This document shows positions 38,327-49,688 of a DNA stretch of 64,000 bases, in pieces. Numbering within the stretch: the first letter of the stretch is position 1; the number at the start of each line of letters is the position of its first letter. The position numbers and the translations under genes are program-made. The notes under the pieces were generated by a model. The model was not told the DNA's origin and made no database searches. It worked only from the letters and a program-made list of their open reading frames with translations. Source of the DNA: Chlorokybus atmophyticus (lineage: Eukaryota; Plantae; Mesostigma and Chlorokybus algae); NCBI GenBank assembly GCA_009103225.1, contig RHPI01002048.1, positions 819,036 to 883,035 on the forward strand, written 5' to 3'.

Positions 38327-41300
38327 TGTTGAGAATTAATGATGCACTTAGTGTGTGTGCATGTGCCTCGCACATACAATTATGCACACTTTAAGGATAA
38401 GTGCAACAAGCACGCCACTTATAAGAATAATGTGTGACCCATAGTATAAAGCAGCCTACAGTTTCTTATATACTATGCTACTAAGCACTAGTCAACTCTA
38501 GTCAAAGTCAACACTATTTAGCAGTAGTTAATGGTTGAAGACGACGATCATAATCAAAGGTGACCACGGTTAACCATAACTCCTATATCTCTTGTAACTC
38601 CCGTTTCTATGAAGGTTAAACTGATCACACCAACTACATACAGGCGCCGCCTATACATGTACTTACAACAATCTATAGCTTTTAACACTCCCATACGAGC
38701 AGCTTGACCTTGAACTCTAAGTTTTTCTTGCAAGCTTACTCGCATTAACTTATTCGACTCAACACTCTCACGGATGTGTTGCTCCCACTCCATAACACCA
38801 TCTTTCCTCACGTGCTGCCAGCAGGACTACAAGGTTTAAATACTCCTTGTTTCCTCTTCATAGTTGTCGCATCAGGTTTTACCACGCCACGCTTGACATT
38901 GCTCAGGTGGTTTCAAAGACTCTTTCAATGGCAACCTATGCTATACATTACATGGAGTTCTCTACCATAGCAATTCTGCACCAGAGTGTAGGCCATGTAA
39001 GGGTTGAACAGACCCTTCTACTAAAGGCAGCACCCCTCCCATCTCTTGTTAGCTAGCTATACAACTCAGTCCTTGTATGCCAATCAAGTGAAGTGCTCTA
39101 ACCAGTATCGCACACCTATGTGCCACCAAACAACTCCACAATAATGCAACCTCTAATGTATGAAGCTCTACACCAACAACTACTCATGGGCTAGCAGTAA
39201 CTCTCACAGACCTTTCTTTTTGCGACCTTCGTCTATGCATGTCCTTCACGCGCGCTTGCAGTGGGAGAGGGCGGACAGACACCATCCACTACAACTCCTT
39301 GAGGTCGTCATCAATTTTAGGAGGCAATCGCCAACGTGGCATGCTCCTCTTTGGTTGCCTCATTGTGGATCCTTTTCTGGCGCGCGCCAATGAAGTGGGC
39401 CTTCATCTTGCAGTAGTGACACTCTTTGCCATATGATGGCTTCCCACCACCTGCTTTGCTCCTGCTTCGTGTGTGTTGAGAACTTTAATCAGCAAGTGCG
39501 ACAGGTTATCCACCATTTCTCTATCCCGTGAACATCCAACTTGCCCTCCACAGCTAGCAGCTTGGGCACTACATCAGCAAACTTAAAACCACTTTGAGAA
39601 CTCCAACACAATCACTAGCGTAGCAAAGCTCTTTTATAAGCCAGCTAAGACTGCCCACATCACCTCTTCTTCCTTCCCCCATTGTAGCCCACTGCTGCAA
39701 GGTCTTGCCAAAGCTCCCTTGCACGCGATATATACTACTGGACTGGCTCCTTGTGCTCCATCTTTGAAGATGTCAGCTCGCGTCTTAGCTGCGACTTGCG
39801 CAAGTTGTTGTTGGCCTTAAAGAGGGTGTTGAAGACCTCCCACGCCTCACGTCCAGTCTTGCAATCCGTAATAAGAGGGAGATGGAAGTCTTGTATGTGC
39901 AAGCCTATCAGCGCAAAAGCTAATTGTGAGTTCTCTGTGTAGGTATTAGTGTCACATGTCCTTGGCCGCAATGATGTGGAGGAGGTGGGGTCGACAAAAC
40001 TCTAGAGCTCTTGCGGATCAGCATCAACTTCATCTTTGACAACCATGAAGCATTGTTGTGTAGATCAAGGGACTCGATGGGCATCCTATCTATGTCAGCT
40101 ATTGCTTGCTACACAATAGTGCAGCTCACCCTATCCCCAAGAACACTCCACTAACATGCGCCTATGCTCAACACTTTCCCTCACTAGCTTAAGCAATCTC
40201 ATAAGCAAGTGTGGGCCCATAACCTGGTAAGAACTACTGATGCGCCGTGTGTGTGTGTGTATGTGCATCTCACATATAAGTGTGCGCACACTAGGGACAA
40301 GTGCAGCAAGCACGCCAACTGTAAAGACAATGTGCGACCCATTATAATAAGTAGTATACCGTATCTTATATACTATGCTACTAAGCACTAGTCAACCCTT
40401 TGTCAACACTAGTCAACACTAGTCAATGGTCAAAGTCAACAGTCATAATGAAAGTTGACCATGGTTGACCATAATGGCGGTTGACCATAATTGCTATAAT
40501 TGTTATAACTCTCGTAATTCCCGTAGCTATCAAGGTTAAGCTCATCATACCAACTATATGTAGGCGCCGCCTACGCATGTACCTTCAACAACTTATAATC
40601 TTTAACACTCCAATGTGAGCAGCTTTACCTTGGATTCTAAATTGTTTTTTGCAAGCTTACCAACATCAATCTACTCCATTTAACAAGCCTGTGGGAGCAA
40701 CACTCTCATGGATGTGTTGCTCCCACAGACTTGATGCTTGTCCATATGACATCATCCTTCTCCTCATGCTGCCGGCAGGGCTACAAGGTTCCAATACTCC
40801 TCGGTTCTTCCTCGTAATTATTGCATCAGGCTCCACCACGCCATTCCTAACATTGCTCAAGTGGTTTTGACACTCCTTCAATGCCAAACCATGCTATAAA
40901 CTACACTAAATTCTTCACCTTAGCGATGCTGTACCAGAGTGTAAGCCGTACAAGGTTGATCAGGGTTGATCTACCAAGGAAAGCACCCCTCCCATCTCCT
41001 GATAGCTAGCTATACGGTTTATTCCTTGCATGCAATTTAAGTAAAGTGCTATACTCGGCACCGCACATCCATACATACTACCGAAATCAACTCCATAGCA
41101 ACACAACCTATATTTTATGCAGCTCAACACTAGCAACTACTCATAGGCTAGCAGTAACTTTCTCAGACCTTTGTGTCTACGACCTCCATCAACGCATGTT
41201 TTTCACGCCCCCTTGCAGTGGGATAGGACAGATGAACACCATACATTGCAATTCCTTGAGGTCCTCATTAATGCTGAAAAGTGATCGCCATCGGGGCATG

Positions 41301-42547
41301 CTCCTCCTTTGTTGCCTCACCGTGGATCCTGTTTTGGCACTCGCGAATGAAGTGGCCCTTCATCTTGCAATAGTGACACTCTTTGTCACATAATGGCTTC
41401 CCACCACCTGCTTTGCTCCTGCTTCGTGTGTGTTGAGAAGATAAGGCAGCAAGTGCGATAGGTTCTTCACCATTCTCTATCTCCTGAACATCCAACTTGC
41501 CTTCCACAACTAGCAGCTTAGGCACTACATTAGCAAACTTTCAAACCACATCTGAGGACTCCAACACAGTCACTAGCGTAGCAAAGCTCTTTCCTAAGCC
41601 AGCTAAGACTGCCCACATCACCTCCTCTTCCTTCACATCGTGGCCCACTGCTGCAAGGTCTTGCCAAAGCTCCCTTGCACGTGATATGTACTTCTGGATT
41701 GGCTCTTTGTGCTCCATCTTCAGAAGTGTCAGCTTGCGTCTCAGCTGCAACTTGCGCGAGTTGCTGTTGGCCTTGAAGAGGGTGTCGAAGACTTCCCACG
41801 CTTCACGTCCAGTCTTACAATCCGCAATAAGAGGGAGATGGAAGTCTTTGACGTGCAAGCCTATCAGCGCAAAAGCTGATTGTGAGTTCTCTCTCCAAGT
41901 ACCAGTGTCACCTGTTCTTGGCCGCAATGATGTGGAGGAGGTGGGATCGACAAAACTCCAGAGCTTCTTGCGGATCGGCACCAACTTCATCTTCAGCGAC
42001 CATGAAGCGTAGTTGTGCAGATCAAGGGACTCGATGGGCATCCTATCTGTGTCAGCCATTGCTTGCTACACAATAGTACAACTCACCCTCTCCCCAAGAA
42101 CACTCTACTAGTAGGCGCCTATGCTCAACAATTTCTTTCACTAGCACAAGCAATCACACAAGCGAGTGTGGGCCCATAACCTGTTGAGAACTAGTGATGC
42201 GCCTAGCGTGTGCCTAGGAGGCAAATAGACAAGTGCAGCAAGCACGCCAACTAAAGAGACAATGTGCGACCCACTGTATTAAGCAGTATACAGTGTCTTA
42301 TATGCTATGCTACTAAGCACCAATCAACTCTAGTCAATTCTGGTCAAAGTCGACACTAGTCAGCACTGGTCAATGGTCAAAGTCAACGGTCAGAGTCAAA
42401 GTTGACCATAATTGACCATAACTGCCGTAACTGCCGTAACTCTCCTAACTCTCGTAACTCCCATAACTATAAAGGTTAAGCTGATCGTACCAACTACATG
42501 TAGGCGCCACTTATACTTGTACTTTCAACAAGCTATAACATTCAACA
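38327..42547 (-). mobile_element. Tandem LTR-internal-LTR-internal-LTR array of two degenerate gag-only LTR retrotransposons
   Basis: LTRs at 38327-38687, 40225-40607 and 42182-42547. PBS GGTTATGGGCCC next to the second and third LTR. Broken gag ORFs (39735-39971; 41268-42059). No pol. Outer flanks CACAT/GTTAA do not form a TSD. Confidence 0.85.
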
Positions 42548-45500
42548 GTTAATCACCAACCCGCACAATGCTGCATCCGCTGTCACCACGGCCAGCGTAG
42601 AGGCATGCTCACCCTTTGAGCTGGCAGCAAATAGGAAGTCACCGATATATGGCAGAACGCTAATGCCTTGTATACGCCAATGGCGGACCAATTGCTTTAT
42701 TACATTTGTGAACACAAAGCACGCCGTGCTCATCCTTAATGGCAACGAGCAAAAGTTGTACACTTTGCCCGCGATCGAGAACTATAAATAGCCCTGGAAG
42801 GCGGGTTGTATGTCCATTTATTGGTATCCGGACTTTAAGTCTGTGGAGAACAACCAGTCCTCGGTCTGCAGCAAGTCCGTGATGCTGCGTACATCTTCAT
42901 ACTTGAACGGCGCGCTCACCAAGTAGGAGTTAACACAGCGCAAGTTTATAGTTAGGCGCAGCTTGCGGCCATCATTGACCACAATGAGTGGGGATTTTAC
43001 ACACACTTGTGCGGCCCCACTATGCACTAGATTAGCAATGGCAGCCGCAGTAAAGTCCGCATACTCATGCACACCCTTGTGGTTGGTCAATGCCCACTCC
43101 GAGGGTAGGTGAGCAGCCCATGGTAGTTCGTACCCGTATTCCACCCATGAGAGCACCATAATAGGCTCATAAATTTCATGCCATACCGGTAGGGCATCAC
43201 GCAGTTGATCTCACATATAAGGCCTCTTAACGATGAGGTTGGCAAGGACACGAGCAACCTAATGGTGCTTTATCCTGCCGTGCACAAGGTCCTCTTCCGT
43301 AACAATGTACATCACTACATACCACCATTGCTACTATGAGCGCATGTCAGCCCCCTCAACACACGTGCGTGTGCATTCGAATGCGCACACAAACACAACA
43401 TTTGCACATAATGTCGGAGTTAAATGAGCACCGCCTTATTGTGAAGCTGCTGGCCTCACAAAGTCAGCCACCAAGTTGCAGGTCATTAGGGCCTCATTCA
43501 TATTGCGACCTTCATATGGCAGTTTGCATCTTCATATCTTGCTCAATATGTGTTAGACACTGATTATGTTTTGTTTTGCATGATGCCATCCGCCTCATTG
43601 CAATGGTCTCAAAGTTCCATTCGGGGGCGTTTAAAGACCCCTAGCAAAAGTTACAAGTAAAGTAGCCATTTTGCTTTGGATAACGAAATTAGCACTTTTA
43701 TTCACTAAGCTTGGAGTTTTATTACTAAGGCAGCAGTTGCGAACATCGAAAGGTGCCCCACTGGGTTGTAGCATCAACAAGTGTACAAAGATTAGGCTGC
43801 CACAGCAGTTGCAGAGTTCTGCTATTGAACTTGTGGCCACCACGTTCTGCTGAGGGCTTGCAGCAATGGGCACGCAAGTGCCCCGTCTCTCCACAGCTGT
43901 AGTTGGTGCAAGAGTCACGTTGGCCCCCCATAGGAGCGGCCTAAGACTGCATAAGAGCGATCCTTTAACTGGTATGCCCCGCACCAGTTGCATAAAACTC
44001 AAAGTAGCGCGGGGGGGGGGGGGGGGGGGGGGNGAAGAGTGTAGGCCGCCTTTGCCTTGGGCTTGGGTTGCGCCGCAGCCGCCTCCTTGATTGCCTTTGC
44101 GAGGAGATTTGCCTCTGCATCGACCATAGCTAGAGGGTCTCTCGTGAGCTCCTCCACCACCTTCCAACTATGCTTGTTGGCGACTTCCACATGGTAGAAC
44201 CGCGTGCACACCTCGTCTAGCGCTTGTGCACAGAGCATAGTTCAGGAACATTGGTTGCAGGCATTCATATTCAGGCTCGCAGCCATTAGGTTAACGTCAG
44301 ACGCACCCACATTGGCATCACCACCACATACATGACATGCAAATGCAAACCTGTTGTGCAATCAACCTTGCTGTGTACATTATATATGATAGTCATAATG
44401 TGAGTACAGAGGTGGACATGCATGCGTGTTAAGTGCGGGTCCTCCCCCCTCACCGAAGATTGGGGGATGAGGAGTACGGAACAAATGTATTGATATAGGT
44501 GTCTGTGTATACATATAAATGCCTCTACATCGACAATGGGCCAGCCTTCATAAGGCCTATAATGGGCGAATGTGCATGTGTTGACGGGTGAGGTCCGCAC
44601 ACTCATGCATTTCTACATGTATGCACGTGCTTTATAATAAATGAGCCCACCTCTCATGTTCTCTATGCTGTCTTTGGTGAAGTGGGGATCATTGACGAGG
44701 TGCGCAGGCGCAAGACCGAACAAAGCCGCCAATGAGACAATATACGCCGCCACATTGATGTGTTGCCTAGCCCGCTTCATTTTGTTCTCTATTTAAGGGA
44801 CCACGAGATCTTTAAAGCAAGTGGCCAGTGCCTCCGCAAGAGCATTGGGTGTGGTGGAGTCGCCTTTGTCGCGATGAAGGATGCTTACATGAAGCGGGTA
44901 GTTGGGCTCGTCAACCGGCTTATTGCAAGGGATGGCGGGCGCCTTCCCACGCTTGAGGCGCATAATCTCCGCCTCCAACTCCTCCAACCTCCTTACTATG
45001 GCCTCCGTGGGTGTCATGAACGGGGTGCAAGAAGTAGAGAGCGGGCTTGCCTTCCTCTTCTTACGCTTGTACTTGATAAAGGGCGGGTCCTCATCGTCCT
45101 CCTCTTCCTCGCCACCATTGTCACTCTCCTTATTTACCTCAAGGGAGAGGTGCCCCTCCCCATGGGGAGGCGCACCTCTCCCTTCTCCCTCGCCGCTCTC
45201 CTCTCCTCCGTCTCACTCAAGGTGTGGCGACGCGAATTTGTAGCCCGCGCCGACCTATAAGCGGTAAGCCTAGCCGCCACGGTGGTGGCTTCCACGCTGT
45301 GACCATCATCAAGGGCACTTGCTTATATCCGGGTTGGAGGCATGGTGGAAGGCCGACCCTCCCCTACCTCCTCACCACACTCACTACCCACTACAGGTGG
45401 CGCCGCTGTGCTAGGGTTTAGAGCGACTAGATGAGGAGCTTGTGACTCGCAACTCACTCTAGTGAGTTGCGGGTCACCAAGTGCCTAGGGCACTAGGGGC

Positions 45501-45590
45501 ACAAGAGTCTCATAACTCATTAATGAGTTTTTGAGTTCATGAGCACGCATTTTATGCGCTTCATGATCTCATGTGACTCGAAGGGGATCT
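42548..45590 (-). mobile_element. DIRS-like (tyrosine-recombinase class) retrotransposon remnant: spliced gag-like ORF with a degenerate zinc knuckle and the N-terminal half of RT
   Basis: VLSWVEYGYELPW...SPLIVVNDGRKLRLTINLRCVN...FKYEDV...FSTDLKSGYQ and YNFCSLPL...VFTNVIKQLVRHWRIQGISVLPYIGDFLF are DIRS1-type RT motifs (YIDD decayed to YIGD). The knuckle reads CGETGHLRAHC. RT is cut by the LTR at 42547. No RNase H or YR was seen. Confidence 0.75.
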
Positions 45591-45593
45591 GAA

Positions 45594-46053
45594 TTGTGTA
45601 AGCCATTGCTTGCTACACAATAGTAAAACTCACCCTCTCCACAAAAACATTCTACTAGGAGGCTTCTATGCTCATCTAGGGTTAGTCTAGATTCTCTCAC
45701 TAGCACAAGCAGTCATACAAGTGAGTGGGGGCCTATAACTTGTTGAGAACTAGTGATGCGCCTCTCTCACCTACAAGTGTGCACACACTATAGAGACAAT
45801 GTGCGACCCATTGTAGTTTGCAGTACACAGTGTTTTATATACTATGCTATTAAGTACTAGTCAACTCAAGTTGAAGTAAACACCCGTCAACACTACTCAT
45901 AGTCAATGATCAAATTCAATGTTGACCATGGTTTACCAAAACAATGCTCATAATTGCCGCAACTCCTATAACTCTCGTAACTCCCATGTCTGTTAATGCT
46001 CAGTTGATCATACCAATCTTTTACCTTCAACAACCCGTAACCTTTGATAAACA
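45594..46053 (-). mobile_element. 5' LTR plus leader fragment of the gag-only family (truncated copy)
   Basis: Decayed LTR at ~45741-46053, decayed PBS, and leader up to the gag ATG region (AGCCATTGCTTGCTACACAATAG). Confidence 0.75.
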
Positions 46054-47355
46054 AATATGCTATGCTGGTAGGTAGAGTATCAACAAAAGAGTGTGTGTGT
46101 GTGTGTGTGTGCATATTTGCGTGCAATGTCAGCGGTGCCCACTTGTATTTAACGAAATTTGTTAGCTACCAGATTCCACCCATGTATTGGCTTACAAGCG
46201 ATGAGACGCTTGCGTGCCTTGTGCGTGTCTCTATGCTTGTTGCCAACGGCAGCACCAGTATTAATGTGTATATTCGTATGTGTCAGCAAGCCCCCTCCCC
46301 ACCCATAATTTCCCCTAAGTGTGCTAACAAATAGCAACACTCCCGCTCTCAGCTTCTTGAACATCTAACAGCTGTTGACTAACTATTTTATGAGTGACCT
46401 GCAAGCACAATTGCTGGAGAATTACACTTATTATGCAAGTGCTTATTATAATAACAACAATAGTGCTGATGCGTCAGTGCCCGCTCCCTCTTTTTATCCC
46501 TTATGGTTACTACAAAAGTAAGCAACTGCCTGTGTGACTTACGTGCACGGCGGCTAAAAAGTCACGTTCGTTATGCTAATACCTGCTACAACAGTCATGA
46601 CACAGCTGCTGCGTTAGCGCCCCCTCCCCCTTTCAATCCCTTAGCATCATCATAGCAGGTGAGCAACTGCATAGTATGTGACTTGCGTGCATAGTTGAAG
46701 AGTTATGTTTATTGGGTAGGTGCTTACTGCAACAGCACACAACATGGTAGCTGGGACAATGCCCCCTCCCCCTCCTCCTTCTCATGTGACATGGCTTGTG
46801 CACAAGAAGATACGGATGATCACGATGTTCAGCACGATAAGGATAACTTATATCATACTGCCTTATATGCTATAATTACAAAAATGACATTCTAAGTATT
46901 CCCATGCAACCATTAGTGAAAGGATTGACACTAGATAATGGACCGGACGCGGGGAGCTAAAGTGGTCAACACATAGAGGGTATACACTGACGTAATGAAG
47001 TAATCTTACAGTTATAGCTTGTGTATACATACTACACAATGCATTTATAGTCACAAGCACGCATGCATGTCGCGGGCATAAGGTTGAGAACTAGTGATGC
47101 GCCTAGTATGTATTTGCCTCCAGCATACAAGTGTGCACACACTAAGGACAAGTGCAGCAAGCACGCCAACTCTAGAGACAATGTGCGACCCACTGTATTA
47201 AGCAGTATACAGTGTCTAATATACTATGCTACTAAGTACTAGTCAACTCTAGTCAACTCTGGTCAAAGTCAACACTAGTCAACACTAGTCAATGGTCAAA
47301 GTCAATGGTCGAAGTCAAAGTTAAGCATGGTTGACCATAACTGCCGTAACTCCCG

Positions 47356-49688
47356 TGTTAGATGTTATAGCTTGTTGAAAGTACATGTATAGGCGGCGCC
47401 TACATGTAGTTGGTACGATCAGCTTAACCTTTATAGTTACGAGAGTTACGAGAGTTACGGGAGTTACGGGAGTTACGGCAGTTATGGTCAACCATGGTCA
47501 ACTTTGACCTTGACCGTTGACTTTGACCGTTGACTAGTGTTGACTAGTGTTGACTTTGACCAGAGTTGACTAGAGTTGACTAGTGCTTAGTAGCATAGTA
47601 TATAAGACACTGTATACTGCTTAATACAGTGGGTCGCACATTGTCTCTATAGTTGGCGTGCTTGTTGCACTTGTCCTTAGTGTGTGCACACTTGTATGTA
47701 AGAGGCAAATACACACACACTAGGCGCATCACTAGTTCTCAACAGGTTATGGGCCCACACTCGCTTGTGTGATTGCTTGTGCTAGTGAGAGAGAGTGTTG
47801 AGCATAGGTGCCTACTAGTAGAGTGTTCTTGGGGAGAGGGTGAGTTGTACTATTGTGTAGCAAGCAATGGCTGACACAGATAGGATGCCCATCGAGTCCC
47901 TTGATCTGCACAACTACGCTTCATGGTCGCTGAAGATGAAGTTGGTGCCGATCCGCAAGAAGTTCTGGAGTTTTGTCGATCCCACCTCCTCCACGTCATT
48001 GCGGCCAAGAACAGGTGACACTGGTACTTGGAGAGAGAACTCACAATCAGCTTTTGCGCTGATAGGCTTGCACGTCAAAGACTTCCATCTCCCTCTTATT
48101 GCGGATTGTAAGACTGGACGTGAAGCGTGGGAGGTCTTCGACACCCTCTTCAAGGCCAACAGCAACTCGCGCAAGTTGCAGCTGAGACGCAAGCTGACAC
48201 TTCTGAAGATGGAGCACAAAGAGCCAATACAGAAGTACATCTCGCGTGCAAGGGAGCTTTGGCAAGACCTTGCAGCAGTGGGCCACGATGTGAAGGAAGA
48301 GGAGGTGATGTGGGCAGTCTTAGCTGGCTTAGGAAAGAGCTTTGCTACGCTAGTGACTGTGTTGGAGTCCTCAGATGTGGTTTTGAAGTTTGCTGATGTA
48401 GTGCCTAAGCTGCTAGCTGTGGAAGGCAAGTTGGATGTTCAGGAGATAGAGAATGGTGGAGAACCTATCGCACTTTCTGCCTCATCTTTTCAACACACAC
48501 GAAGCAGGAGCAAAGCAGGTGGTGGGAAGCTATTACGTGACAAAGAGTGTCACCACTGCAAGATGAAGGGCCGCTTCATTCGCGAGTGCCAAAAGAGGAT
48601 CCACGATGAGGCAACCAAGGAGGAGCACGCCACGATGGCGATTGCTTTCTAGCAATGGTGAGGACCTCAAGGAGTTGCAGTGGATGGTGTTCGTCCGTCC
48701 TCTCCCACTGCAAGGGCGCGTGAAGGACATGCGTAGACGGAGGTCGCAGACACAAAGGTCTGTGAGAGTTACTGCTAGCCTATGAGTAGTTGCTGGTGTT
48801 GAGCTGCATACACTAGAGGTTGCATTGCTGTGGAGTTGTTTTGTGGTAGCACACAGGTGTGCGGTACTAGTTAGAACACTTCACTTGATTAGCATGCAAG
48901 GACTGAGTTGTATAGCTAGCTAACAGGAGATGGGAGGGGTGCTTCCTTGGTAGAAGGGTCTGATCAACCCTTGCACGGCCTACACTCTGGTACAGCATTG
49001 CTAAGGTAGAGAACTCAGTGTAGTTTATAGTATAGTTTGCCATTTAGGGAGTCTTCGAAACCACCTGAGCAAGGTCAGGCGTGGCGTGGTGGAACCTAAT
49101 GCGACAACTATGAGGAGTAAACAAGGAGTATTGGAACCTTGTAGTCTTGCTGGCAGCACGAGGAGAAGGATGGTATCATGGAGACAAGCATCAAGTCCGT
49201 GGGAGCAACACATCCGTGGGAGTATTCAAAGGAGTAAGTTATTGTGGGTAAGCTTGCTAGAAGATCTTGAAGTTCAAGGTCAAGCTGCTCGCGTGGGAGT
49301 GTTAGATGTTATAGCTTGTTGAAAGTACATGTATACGCGGCGCCTACGTGTAGTTGGTACGATCAGCTTAACCTTTATAGTTACGAGAGTTACGAGAGTT
49401 ACGGGAGTTACGGGAGTTACGGCAGTTATGGTCAACCATGGTCAACTTTGACCTTGACCGTTGACTTTGACCGTTGACTAGTGTTGACTAGTGTTGACTT
49501 TGACCAGAGTTGACTAGAGTTGACTAGTGCTTAGTAGCATAGTATATAAGACACTGTATACTGCTTAATACAGTGGGTCGCACATTGTCTCTATAGTTGG
49601 CGTGCTTGTTGCACTTGTCCTTAGTGTGTGCACACTTGTATGTAAGAGGCAAATACACACACACTAGGCGCATCACTAGTTCTCAACA
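47356..49688 (+). mobile_element. Intact gag-only LTR retrotransposon (TR-GAG-like), 2333 bp
   Basis: 389-bp LTRs at 47356-47744 and 49300-49688 (2 differences seen). PBS GGTTATGGGCCCAC at 47745. PPT CTCGCGTGGGAG. 5-bp TSD TCCCG at 47351-47355 and 49689-49693. Confidence 0.93.
47867..48652 (+). CDS. gag: Copia-type Gag protein (261 aa), stand-alone
   Basis: Uninterrupted ORF MADTDRMPIESLDLHNYASWSLKMK...KEPIQKYISRARELWQDLAAVG...CHHCKMKGRFIREC...AF*. It is colinear with the Gag part of the autonomous Copia at 57158-61009. The knuckle His is Arg here and intact (CHYCKMKGHFIREC) in sister copies. Confidence 0.9.
   Translation: MADTDRMPIESLDLHNYASWSLKMKLVPIRKKFWSFVDPTSSTSLRPRTGDTGTWRENSQSAFALIGLHVKDFHLPLIADCKTGREAWEVFDTLFKANSNSRKLQLRRKLTLLKMEHKEPIQKYISRARELWQDLAAVGHDVKEEEVMWAVLAGLGKSFATLVTVLESSDVVLKFADVVPKLLAVEGKLDVQEIENGGEPIALSASSFQHTRSRSKAGGGKLLRDKECHHCKMKGRFIRECQKRIHDEATKEEHATMAIAF

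Noticed and set aside
47440-47590. Short regular repeats suggestive of a CRISPR-like array
   Set aside because: The units are 6-10 bp with no unique spacers and are part of LTRs in a eukaryotic genome.
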